Assembly: GCA_035574195.1 (NCBI GenBank)
Contig: DATLZE010000066.1
Span: forward strand, 19,066-83,065
DNA from: Burkholderiales bacterium
GTDB taxonomy: Bacteria > Pseudomonadota > Gammaproteobacteria > Burkholderiales > SG8-41
Direction: 5' to 3'
Length of the DNA: 64,000 bases
This document shows, in pieces, positions 47,601-54,893 of the stretch. Position 1 is the stretch's first letter, and every line of letters begins with the position of its first letter. The position numbers and the translations under genes were made by a program. Under the pieces are notes generated by a model. It ran no database searches. It was given only the letters and a program-made list of their open reading frames with translations, and was not told the DNA's origin.

Positions 47601-48181
47601 GCCGCGTGCTCTACTTCGCCGGCTACAAGCACATGGCCGACCGCTACAAGGTGCACGAGATCGAGGCGGCGGCCGACGCGGTGGTGTGGTGCTGCGACGA
47701 GGAGCCAGGCTTCATCCCGGGGCGCCCCCAGGACCGGAGCTTCGTCGGCAACATCGTGCAGGGCATGCTCGCCTACGCGAGCGGGGCGCTCGGCGCGCAG
47801 CCGATCCCGTTCGGTGCGGCCGACCGCATCATCGCGATCGGCTCCGACCGCATGATGGCAGCGGTCGCGCGCGCACGGCACGACGTGCTCGCGCCCTATC
47901 TCAAGCCTCACCATTTCGGCATCGGCTCGATCAACTCGCCGATGCAGTGCATGATGAAGGAGATCTGCGCGCAGTGCCTGCAGCCGCACGTGGACCGCGC
48001 GACCGGGAAGGTGAGCTACGTCTTCTCCTGCTTCAACCAGGATCAGCCGCTCGACCAGGTGGACTGGGACGCGCTCGCGGCGCGGCTGCGCCAGAACTCG
48101 GTGCAGGAAAAGCTCACCGCGGAGTGGATAGACCATTGCCTGGTCGCGCTCGGCGCGCGCGCCATGCCACGCAGTATCTAG
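44648..48181 (+). CDS. Large fused Fe-S flavoprotein: unknown N-terminal domain + NfnB/GltD-like module + PyrK/NfnA (FNR-like, [2Fe-2S]) module
   Basis: 1177 aa, TTG start. Cys clusters CIWCHEQGKDSC and CNDCMKSC. Dinucleotide folds VLVAGMGPAGVALA, VVVVGGGLTAIDTA and VVLAGGGLGNAVL. FNR strand RPGQFYRL. C-terminal motif C-x5-C-x2-C-x17-C. Confidence 0.85.
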   Translation: MTAFPIPVPESGLEFGDLYQREGLLRLDRLFLERLKREDPALHDRLERGRADPAALAPLQESELLLELAPRLERFIAWLFGIEAEAAALSARHRELAPLYSVRRQFVQRKAMHRFTPAQAEKLDGPALAARLEQWIGEPLTELAFARHVAAWEKDPAANADQLEAALQYAAWAALTEAGRARHRAGVLFKAPHKLDPQRLVPAVEDRSRGYTEYRFGPERLRRREGFRLTDAGTDLAGALGEAHYCIWCHEQGKDSCSKGLLEKGAKGRGAASFKKSPLGVTLAGCPLEEKISEFHKAKAEGHAIGALAIIVVDNPMVAATGHRICNDCMKSCIYQKQEPVNIPQAETRTLKDVLELPWGFEIYSLLTRWNPLNLRAPYPKPPSGRRVLVAGMGPAGVALAHYLMNDGHTVVGVDGLKIEPLAPELSGVNERGARVPFRPVRELKELYEDLDRRVMAGFGGVAEYGITVRWDKNFLKVLRLLLERRREFALFGGVRFGSTLGVEDAFALGFDHVALAIGAGRPTVLDLPNGLARGVRAASDFLMALQLTGAARTDSVANMQLRLPVVVVGGGLTAIDTATEALAYYPVQVEKFLQRYERLSRSHGEAAARVAWDEEEREIADEFLAHARAIREERAAARAEGREPRLLELLQSWGGVTIAYRKRLIDSPSYTLNHEEVHKALEEGVRFAEGLTPLAVEVDEHGHARALRVSVQRREPDGSWVETARTELPARTILIAAGTQPNTVLARENPSRFRLDGRHFQACDEEGNPLPVEMNAAKPEAVRVLLSKSPDGRFLSFFGDVHPSYFGNVVKAIGSARQGYPVVSRVLARRPPAFAGSDEAFFSRLNEELRATVHGVERLTPLIVEVVVRAPAAARRFRPGQFYRLQNYEAHAAGAEGTRLAMEGIALTGAWVDRERGLVSAIVLEMGGSSDLCALLKPGEPVVLMGPTGSPTEIPSGETVVLAGGGLGNAVLFSIGQALRRAGSRVLYFAGYKHMADRYKVHEIEAAADAVVWCCDEEPGFIPGRPQDRSFVGNIVQGMLAYASGALGAQPIPFGAADRIIAIGSDRMMAAVARARHDVLAPYLKPHHFGIGSINSPMQCMMKEICAQCLQPHVDRATGKVSYVFSCFNQDQPLDQVDWDALAARLRQNSVQEKLTAEWIDHCLVALGARAMPRSI

Positions 48182-48533
48182 CCGCTCGGCAAGGTTGCGG
48201 GGCGCTGTCTGGAGGCGCGGAGGCGGTGCTCCATCGCCTGCCGGCCAGGGTGAACTGGCGCGATCTCTCGATCAGCATGCGGGAGATCCGCTCTCGGGGC
48301 GTGCCCGCGCTGACGAACTCCAGGGCGTCCAGCTCGTGCGCGATGATGACGTGAGGATGCGCGTCGAGGAGCGAGCCGCTCGGGCCGTGCTCGCTGCGCG
48401 GCTAGCCGGCGAACACGCAAGAGACGGCGTTACCTGGCAGCGACTCCGGCGTGAGGAGGGGATCGCCTGCGTGCGTGGACGATCGGACCAGGGCGGGCGT
48501 GCACATGGCGTCGGGAAAAGCCGGAGGCCGCGG

Positions 48534-49862
48534 CTACTCCGCCGCGATCTCCCGCAGCACCGTGGCGAGCGTGCCGGTGAGCTCCTCGATCTCGGCCTCG
48601 CTGATGATGAGCGGCGGCGAGAGCGCAATGATATCTCCCACCACCCGCACGAGGATGCCCCGCTCGAAGGCGCGGGTGAGCGCCCGGTAACCGCGCGCGC
48701 CGGGCCGTCCGGGGGCCGGCGCGAGCTCGACGGCGGCCATCATTCCGAGGTTACGGATATCCGTGACATGCGGCGCCTCGCGCAGAGCGTGCACCGCCTC
48801 CTCGAATCGTTTCTCGAGCGAGCGGGCGCGCTCGAACAGCCGTTCCTCCTCGTAGAGTTCGAGGGTGGCGAGCGCCGCGGCGCACGCGAGCGGATGCCCT
48901 GAATAGGTGTAGCCGTGGAAGAGCTCGATCGAATCCTGCGGTGCGGAGCCGACGATCGTCTCGTAGATCCGCCGGTGCACCGCGACCGCGCCCATCGGCA
49001 CCGCGGCGTTGGTGATGCCCTTCGCCATCGTCACCATGTCGGGGACGATGCCGAAGCGGCTGCAGGCGAAGGGTGCACCCAGCCGCCCGAATCCGGTGAT
49101 GACCTCGTCGAAGATGAGAAGAATGCCGTGCCGATCGCAGATCGCGCGCAGCCGCTCAAGATAGCCCTTGGGCGGCACCAGCACTCCCGTGGAGCCCGCG
49201 ACCGGCTCCACGATCACCGCCGCGATGTTGGCGGCGTCGTGCAGCGCGATGATGCGCGTCTCCAGCTCGTCGGCGAGGTGCGCGCCCCATTCCGGTTGTC
49301 CGCGCGAGAACGAGTTGCGCTCGGGATCGTGCGTATGGGACAGGTGATCCACGTACGGCAGCAGGTTGCCGAACGCCCGGCGATTCGGCTGCATGCCGCC
49401 GACCGAGGTTCCGCCGAAGCCCACGCCGTGGTAGCCGCGCTCGCGCCCGATCAGCCAGCGCCGGTGCCCCTCGCCGCGCGCGCGGTGGTAGGCGAGCGCG
49501 ATCTTCAGCGCGGTATCCACCGACTCCGAGCCCGAGTTGGTGAAGAACACGTGATCGAGCTCGGCAGGCAGCAGCTGTTTGAGCCGCTCGGCGACCTTGA
49601 ACGGGCCCGGGTGCCCCATCTGGAAGATCGGGCCGTAATCGAGCACCTGCGCAGCGGCGCGGATCGCTTCCGTGATCTTCGGGCGGCAGTGCCCTGCGTT
49701 CACGCACCACAGCCCCGCGGTGCCATCGAGGATCCTGCGCCCGTCTTCCGCGACGTAATGCATGTCGCGCGCGGAGACCAGGATGCGCGGCGCGGCCTTG
49801 AACTGGCGGTTGGCGGTGAACGGCATCCAGAACGGCTCGAGGGAATAATCGCGGGGAGGCAT
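48534..49862 (-). CDS. Omega-amino acid--pyruvate aminotransferase (class III, beta-alanine/taurine-pyruvate type)
   Basis: ORF trimmed to MPPRDYSLEPFWMPFTANRQFKAAPR..., giving 442 aa. LWCVNAGH, DEVITGFGRLG, and PLP-Lys MAKG. Confidence 0.88.
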   Translation of the reverse strand: MPPRDYSLEPFWMPFTANRQFKAAPRILVSARDMHYVAEDGRRILDGTAGLWCVNAGHCRPKITEAIRAAAQVLDYGPIFQMGHPGPFKVAERLKQLLPAELDHVFFTNSGSESVDTALKIALAYHRARGEGHRRWLIGRERGYHGVGFGGTSVGGMQPNRRAFGNLLPYVDHLSHTHDPERNSFSRGQPEWGAHLADELETRIIALHDAANIAAVIVEPVAGSTGVLVPPKGYLERLRAICDRHGILLIFDEVITGFGRLGAPFACSRFGIVPDMVTMAKGITNAAVPMGAVAVHRRIYETIVGSAPQDSIELFHGYTYSGHPLACAAALATLELYEEERLFERARSLEKRFEEAVHALREAPHVTDIRNLGMMAAVELAPAPGRPGARGYRALTRAFERGILVRVVGDIIALSPPLIISEAEIEELTGTLATVLREIAAE

Positions 49863-49963
49863 GGCGGCGACCTGTGATCTGCGGCTATTTTGCCAGCGGC
49901 CGCGCGGATCGGCCATACTGCGTCCGGAACAGGCAAGGAGCCGCAAGACCTCGCAACCGGAGC

Positions 49964-50731
49964 ATGCCGCAGACGCCCATCCCCGCATCGAGCCCTCCGG
50001 TGGTGCTCGATAACGTCGCCAAGACCTACGACGGCCAGGTCGCGGTCCGCCCGACCACCCTGAGCGTGGAGGCGCACCGCATCTGCGTGCTGATCGGGCC
50101 GAGCGGCTGCGGCAAGTCCACGTTGCTGCGCATGATCCTGGGGCTGGTGCGCCCGGACCAGGGGCGGGTGTTGATCGCGGGCGAGGAGCTCGATGCGGAA
50201 AACGCGGTGCGGCTGCGCCGCGCGATCGGCTACGTAGTCCAAGACGGGGGTCTTTTTCCGCATCTCACCGCCGGCGACAACGTCACGCTGCTCGCGCGCT
50301 ACCTCGGGCGCGATCCGGCGTGGATCGCCGCGCGGCTCTCCGAGCTCGCCGCGCTGGTACGCCTTCCGGCCGCGGCACTCGCGCGCTATCCGCTGCAACT
50401 CTCGGGGGGGCAGCGCCAGCGCGTGGGCATCATGCGCGCGCTCATGCTCGATCCGCCCCTGCTGCTGCTCGACGAGCCGCTCGGAGCGCTCGATCCGGTG
50501 ACGCGTTTCGAGCTGCAGGAGGAGCTCAAGCAGCTCTTTCTCGAGCTGCGCAAGACGGTGGTGCTGGTCACGCACGACATGAACGAGGCAGCGCACTTCG
50601 GCGATCACATCGTTCTGCTGCGCGCAGGCGCCATCGTGCAGCAGGGGTCGCTGGAGGAGCTGCTCGCGCGGCCGGCCGAGCCCTACGTGCGCGATTTCAT
50701 CCGCGCGCAGCGCTCGACTCTGCCGCAGTAG
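49964..50731 (+). CDS. ABC transporter ATP-binding protein (osmoprotectant/quaternary-amine uptake family)
   Basis: 255 aa. Walker A GPSGCGKST, signature LSGGQRQRV, Walker B LLLLDEP. No CBS tail. Confidence 0.88.
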   Translation: MPQTPIPASSPPVVLDNVAKTYDGQVAVRPTTLSVEAHRICVLIGPSGCGKSTLLRMILGLVRPDQGRVLIAGEELDAENAVRLRRAIGYVVQDGGLFPHLTAGDNVTLLARYLGRDPAWIAARLSELAALVRLPAAALARYPLQLSGGQRQRVGIMRALMLDPPLLLLDEPLGALDPVTRFELQEELKQLFLELRKTVVLVTHDMNEAAHFGDHIVLLRAGAIVQQGSLEELLARPAEPYVRDFIRAQRSTLPQ

Positions 50732-50747
50732 CGGCGACGGGGACGAG

Positions 50748-52298
50748 ATGAACGCGCGATTTCCCTGGGTGCTCGGCGCGCTGCTCACCGGACTGTTCGC
50801 GCCGCCCGCTCCGGCGCAGGACACGATTCGAATCGGCTCCAAGCGCTTCACGGAGTCCTACATCCTGGGCGAGATCGTCACCCGCACGGTGGAGCGGGCG
50901 GGGGAGGCGCGCGCGTCGCACCAGCGCGGGCTCGGCAATACCGCGATCCTCTTCGCCGCCCTCAAAAGCGGCGCCGTGCACATGTATCCGGAATACACCG
51001 GAACCATCGCATTCGAGTTGCTGGGGCTGAAGCGCGCGCCGGAGGACATCGAGGCGCTCAACCGCGAGCTCTCGCCCCACGGCCTGGCCGTCGGCGTGCC
51101 GCTCGGTTTCAACAACACTTATGCGCTCGCCATGGCCGAGACGCGCGCGGCGGCGCTCGGCATACGCCGCATCTCGGATCTCGCGCAGCACGCCGGCCTG
51201 CGGTTCGGGCTGTCCCAGGAATTCATCAACCGCAAGGACGGCTGGCAGGCGCTGCGAGCCGCCTACGGATTCGCGGATACGCAGGTGCAAGGACTCGACC
51301 ACGGGCTCGCCTACGAGGCGCTCGCAGCCGGCCGGGTGGACGTCATCGACGCCTACACTACCGACGCCAAGATCGCCCGCTACCGGCTGCGCGTGCTGGA
51401 GGACGATCGCCGCTTTTTTCCCGCGTACGAGGCCGTGCTCCTCTACCGGGCCGATCTGCCGCAGCGCTATCCGCGGACCTGGCGCGCGCTGCAGTCGCTC
51501 GAACGGCGCATCACCGCCAGCCAGATGATCTCGATGAACGCCGCGGCCGAGCTCGGTGCGGTGCCCTTTTCGAGGATCGCCGATGATTTTCTCTCGGGAC
51601 GGATCGCCGCGGCGGGCCCCGGGGAATCCGGCAGGCGCTCCTTCCTCGAAACCCTGTTCGCCGGGGACTTCTGGCGGCTGACGGGCGAACACCTTCTGCT
51701 GGTGTTCAGCTCGCTCGCGTTGAGCGTCGTCGTCGGCGTCCCGCTCGGCATCCTCGCCGCGCGCGCGCCGCGCGCGCGGCACTTCATCCTGGGCGCGGCA
51801 GGCGTCCTGCAGACCATCCCATCGCTCGCGTTGCTCGCGTTCCTCATCGCGGCGCTCGGCCGCATCGGAACGGCACCTGCCGTGATTGCGCTTTTCCTCT
51901 ACGCGCTGCTGCCGATCGTGCGCAACACCTGCAGCGGGCTCGCCGACATCCCAGCACCGCTGCGCGAGTCCGCCGAGGCGCTGGGTCTGCCCGCTGGCGC
52001 GCGCCTGCGCCTGATCGAACTGCCGCTCGCCGCGCGCTCGATCCTCTCCGGGATCAAAACCTCCGGCGTGATCAACGTCGGCACCGCCACCATCGCCGCC
52101 TTCGTCGGCGCCGGTGGCTACGGCGAGCGCATCGTCGCCGGGCTGGCGGTGAACGACCATGCGCTGCTGCTCGCCGGGGCGCTGCCCGCGGCGGCGATGG
52201 CGCTCGCGATCGAAGGAGCCTTCGGCGCCCTCGACCGCGTCCTGATCTCCCCGGGCCTGCGCGAGCCCGGGGTGACATCCCGAGAGGAGGGGGCATAA
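50748..52298 (+). CDS. Fused ABC substrate-binding (N-terminal, glycine-betaine/choline-type) and permease protein
   Basis: 516 aa. Signal peptide; SBP part IRIGSKRFTESYILGEI...YPEYTGT. The C-terminal approx 210 aa form a multi-TM BPD permease (ALGLPAGARLRLIELPLA EAA-loop). Confidence 0.82.
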   Translation: MNARFPWVLGALLTGLFAPPAPAQDTIRIGSKRFTESYILGEIVTRTVERAGEARASHQRGLGNTAILFAALKSGAVHMYPEYTGTIAFELLGLKRAPEDIEALNRELSPHGLAVGVPLGFNNTYALAMAETRAAALGIRRISDLAQHAGLRFGLSQEFINRKDGWQALRAAYGFADTQVQGLDHGLAYEALAAGRVDVIDAYTTDAKIARYRLRVLEDDRRFFPAYEAVLLYRADLPQRYPRTWRALQSLERRITASQMISMNAAAELGAVPFSRIADDFLSGRIAAAGPGESGRRSFLETLFAGDFWRLTGEHLLLVFSSLALSVVVGVPLGILAARAPRARHFILGAAGVLQTIPSLALLAFLIAALGRIGTAPAVIALFLYALLPIVRNTCSGLADIPAPLRESAEALGLPAGARLRLIELPLAARSILSGIKTSGVINVGTATIAAFVGAGGYGERIVAGLAVNDHALLLAGALPAAAMALAIEGAFGALDRVLISPGLREPGVTSREEGA

Positions 52299-52542
52299 CA
52301 TATCCGCCGCTGCTGACACGGCCATCGCGACGGGGCGGGCGCCGGTTTCGGGGTTGCGCGAGCGCGTGCGTGGTCGGGGGCGCTCCAGGCCGCGGGCGAG
52401 GACTCGCGCCGATCCTGGCCCGCGGGGATGCGCTGGTGGCCGCGGCCGACTCCCTCCCCACAGTGCCCGTGGCGGGACCCCGCCGAGCGGAGCGGACCGT
52501 GCGGCGCGGTTCGGAAGAGGGGGAATAACCTTACCCCGGAGT

Positions 52543-52569
52543 GAACCATTTTTCCCCCGCCCTGTCAGT
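52543..52569 (+). promoter_or_regulatory. Candidate sigmaE/AlgU-type promoter (GAACCA, 16-nt spacer, TCAGT) about 120 nt upstream of rpoE
   Basis: Compare the AlgU/RpoE consensus GAACTT-N16/17-TCtgA; autoregulated rpoE promoters are well known. Confidence 0.3.
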
Positions 52570-52688
52570 GCAGTAACGACCGAGCTTCGCGTATCGGGGC
52601 GCCGGGCGGGCGTAATATACTGTGCGCTTTGTCCGGACGGCCAAGCCGCTCGACTTGGATAACAATTACAAAGTCAGGGACGGGCTCG

Positions 52689-53288
52689 ATGAGCGATCGC
52701 GAAGTCGATCAGCAGTTGGTCGAGCGCGCGCAGCGCGGCGACAAACAGGCGTTCGAGCTGCTGGTCGGCAAGTACCAGCGCAAGCTCGCCCGTCTGCTGT
52801 CGCGCTTCATCCGGGACGCGACCGAGGTCGAGGACGTGACGCAGGAGGCCTTCATCAAGGCCTACCGCGCGCTGCCCACGTTCCGCGGCGACAGCGCGTT
52901 TTACACGTGGCTGTACCGGATCGGCATCAACACCGCCAAGAATTACTTGGTGGCGATGGGGCGGCGCGCGCCGACCACGACCGATATTGACAGTGAAGAG
53001 GCGGAGAGCTTCGAGAATGGCGAGCAGTTGCGCGACCTCAACACGCCGGAGAGCGAGCTGGCGAGCCGGCAGATCGCGGAGACCGTGAACCAAACTCTCG
53101 AAGAGCTGCCAGAGGAGCTGAGGACTGCGATCACATTGCGCGAGATCGAGGGGCTGAGCTACGAGGAAATCGCCAACATCATGAATTGCCCGATCGGCAC
53201 CGTCCGGTCGCGCATATTCAGGGCGCGCGAAGCGATCGCTGCGAAGCTGCGGCCTCTGCTCGGGACCCGCAAGGACAGGAGATGGTGA
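52689..53288 (+). CDS. rpoE: ECF RNA polymerase sigma factor RpoE/AlgU
   Basis: 199 aa. MSDREVDQQLVERAQRGDKQAFELLVGKYQRKL...FYTWLYRIGINTAKN...LREIEGLSYEEIANIMNCPIGTVRSRIFRAREAI. Confidence 0.95.
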   Translation: MSDREVDQQLVERAQRGDKQAFELLVGKYQRKLARLLSRFIRDATEVEDVTQEAFIKAYRALPTFRGDSAFYTWLYRIGINTAKNYLVAMGRRAPTTTDIDSEEAESFENGEQLRDLNTPESELASRQIAETVNQTLEELPEELRTAITLREIEGLSYEEIANIMNCPIGTVRSRIFRAREAIAAKLRPLLGTRKDRRW

Positions 53289-53289
53289 G

Positions 53290-53850
53290 ATGGACAGGAT
53301 TTCGGCGCTGATGGACGGCGAGCTGGACGAACATCAGGCGCGGCGAGAGATCGCCCGTCTGGGACAGGACGAGGAACTCGTCCGGTGCTGGCACATCTTT
53401 CATCTGATCGGCGACGCGATGCGCGGGGAGCCAGTGCTGCTGTCGCAGCACTTCTCTCAGCGGCTGTCCGCACGGCTCGCTGCGGAGCCGACGGTGCTCG
53501 CGCCGCGCCGCCGACCGAGCGCGCGCCTTCTCGCCTATGCGCTATCGGCCGCCGCCTCGCTCTCGGCGGTAGCGCTGGTGGGCTGGGTCGCTCTCTCCGG
53601 CGTCGGGCCCGCTCCCCGCACCGAAGTGGCCAAAGCTTCCGCCCCCGCTCCCACTCCCACCCCTGTTGCAGCGCCCCAGATTCCTGCTCCGCCCGACACC
53701 CACCCGATCCAGCCATCCGGTCTTTCCAGCGAAGGGAAGATGAACGAATACCTGATCGCTCACCAGGAATTCTCGCCCAGCACCGCGATCCAGGGGCTCG
53801 CCCCCTATATCCGCAGCGTGTCGAGCGCGCAGCCGGCGAGGGGGCGTTAG
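53290..53850 (+). CDS. Anti-sigma-E factor, RseA/MucA family
   Basis: 186 aa. N-terminus MDRISALMDGELDE...WHIFHLIGDAMRGE, one central TM, Pro-rich linker, and C-terminal NEYLIAHQEFS motif. Confidence 0.85.
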   Translation: MDRISALMDGELDEHQARREIARLGQDEELVRCWHIFHLIGDAMRGEPVLLSQHFSQRLSARLAAEPTVLAPRRRPSARLLAYALSAAASLSAVALVGWVALSGVGPAPRTEVAKASAPAPTPTPVAAPQIPAPPDTHPIQPSGLSSEGKMNEYLIAHQEFSPSTAIQGLAPYIRSVSSAQPARGR

Positions 53851-53851
53851 C

Positions 53852-54826
53852 GTGAGGGCGTTCTGGCCCCTCCTCCTGCTAGGGGCGGCGGCGCCCGCTC
53901 TCGCCGTCGAGCCGGCGCGGCCCGAAGACGGGCTCGCCTGGCTCAAGAAGATGGCCTCCGCGTCGCGCCGGCTCAACTATTCCGGCGTCTTCGTCTACCA
54001 GCATGCCAACCGCACCGAAACTTCCCGCATCGTCCACTACGTGAACCCGGCAGGCGGCGAGTTCGAAAGGCTGGAAACGCTGGACGGCCCGGCGCGCGAG
54101 GTGATCCGCACCAACGACCAGGTCACTTGCTACCTGCCCGATGCGAAGACGGTGATCATCGAGAAGCGCAATCCGCGCCGCTTCCCCGCGCTGCTGCCCG
54201 AGCAGTTGAATGACGTGTCCGAGAATTATTCCATCCGCCTGGGCTCGCTCGATCGCGTCGCGGGCCACGAGTGCCAGGTGATCGCGCTCGAGCCCAGGGA
54301 CCGGATGCGCTACGGCCACCAATTCTGCGCCGAGGTGATCTCGGGCTTGCCGCTTCGGGCGCGCACCCTCGACGAGAGGCGGATGCCGCTCGAATCCTTC
54401 GCCTTCACCGAGGTGAGGATCGGCGGCAGTTTCAACCGCGACAAGGTCAAATCGCGCTACGCATCGCGCAGCCAGAGCTGGAAGATAGACCGCTCGGAGC
54501 CCGCGGCGTTCGAGGCGCAGCCCGACACCGCCTGGGTGTTGATGCAGCAGCCGCCGGGCTTCAAAAAGCTCATGGAGCTCAAGCGCACCATGACCGGGCG
54601 CGCCGCCGTCGTGAAGCAGATCATCTATTCCGACGGACTCGCCGCGGTCTCGGTGTTCATCGAGCCGCTGCCCGGCGCGCGCCCGGTCCTGGGGCTATCG
54701 CACCAGGGCGCGGTCAATATCTACGCCCGGCCGGTCGCGGATTACATGGTGACGGTGCTCGGAGAGGCGCCTGCCGCGACCGTGAAACAGATCGCTGACT
54801 CCCTGGAATTCAGAGGCACACGGTAG
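53852..54826 (+). CDS. rseB: Sigma-E regulatory protein RseB/MucB
   Basis: 324 aa, GTG start. Signal peptide, then ...LAWLKKMASASRRLNYSGVFVYQH. Confidence 0.88.
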   Translation: MRAFWPLLLLGAAAPALAVEPARPEDGLAWLKKMASASRRLNYSGVFVYQHANRTETSRIVHYVNPAGGEFERLETLDGPAREVIRTNDQVTCYLPDAKTVIIEKRNPRRFPALLPEQLNDVSENYSIRLGSLDRVAGHECQVIALEPRDRMRYGHQFCAEVISGLPLRARTLDERRMPLESFAFTEVRIGGSFNRDKVKSRYASRSQSWKIDRSEPAAFEAQPDTAWVLMQQPPGFKKLMELKRTMTGRAAVVKQIIYSDGLAAVSVFIEPLPGARPVLGLSHQGAVNIYARPVADYMVTVLGEAPAATVKQIADSLEFRGTR

Positions 54827-54893
54827 CGCTCGCACCGCTTGCCGCGCATTTTCCGCACTCGAACGACATCCCCGCTGCACACGAGGTTTCTAC

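Noticed and set aside
44588-48136. 1182-aa minus-strand ORF mirroring the large oxidoreductase gene
   Set aside because: It is an antisense shadow. It has no cofactor motifs, whereas the plus frame has several independent Fe-S and dinucleotide-binding motifs.
52354-52662. 102-aa ORF upstream of rpoE, and the overlapping minus-strand ORFs at 52072-52549
   Set aside because: They are Arg/Gly/Pro-rich with no SD and no recognisable motif. I treated the region as non-coding or decayed (see finding).
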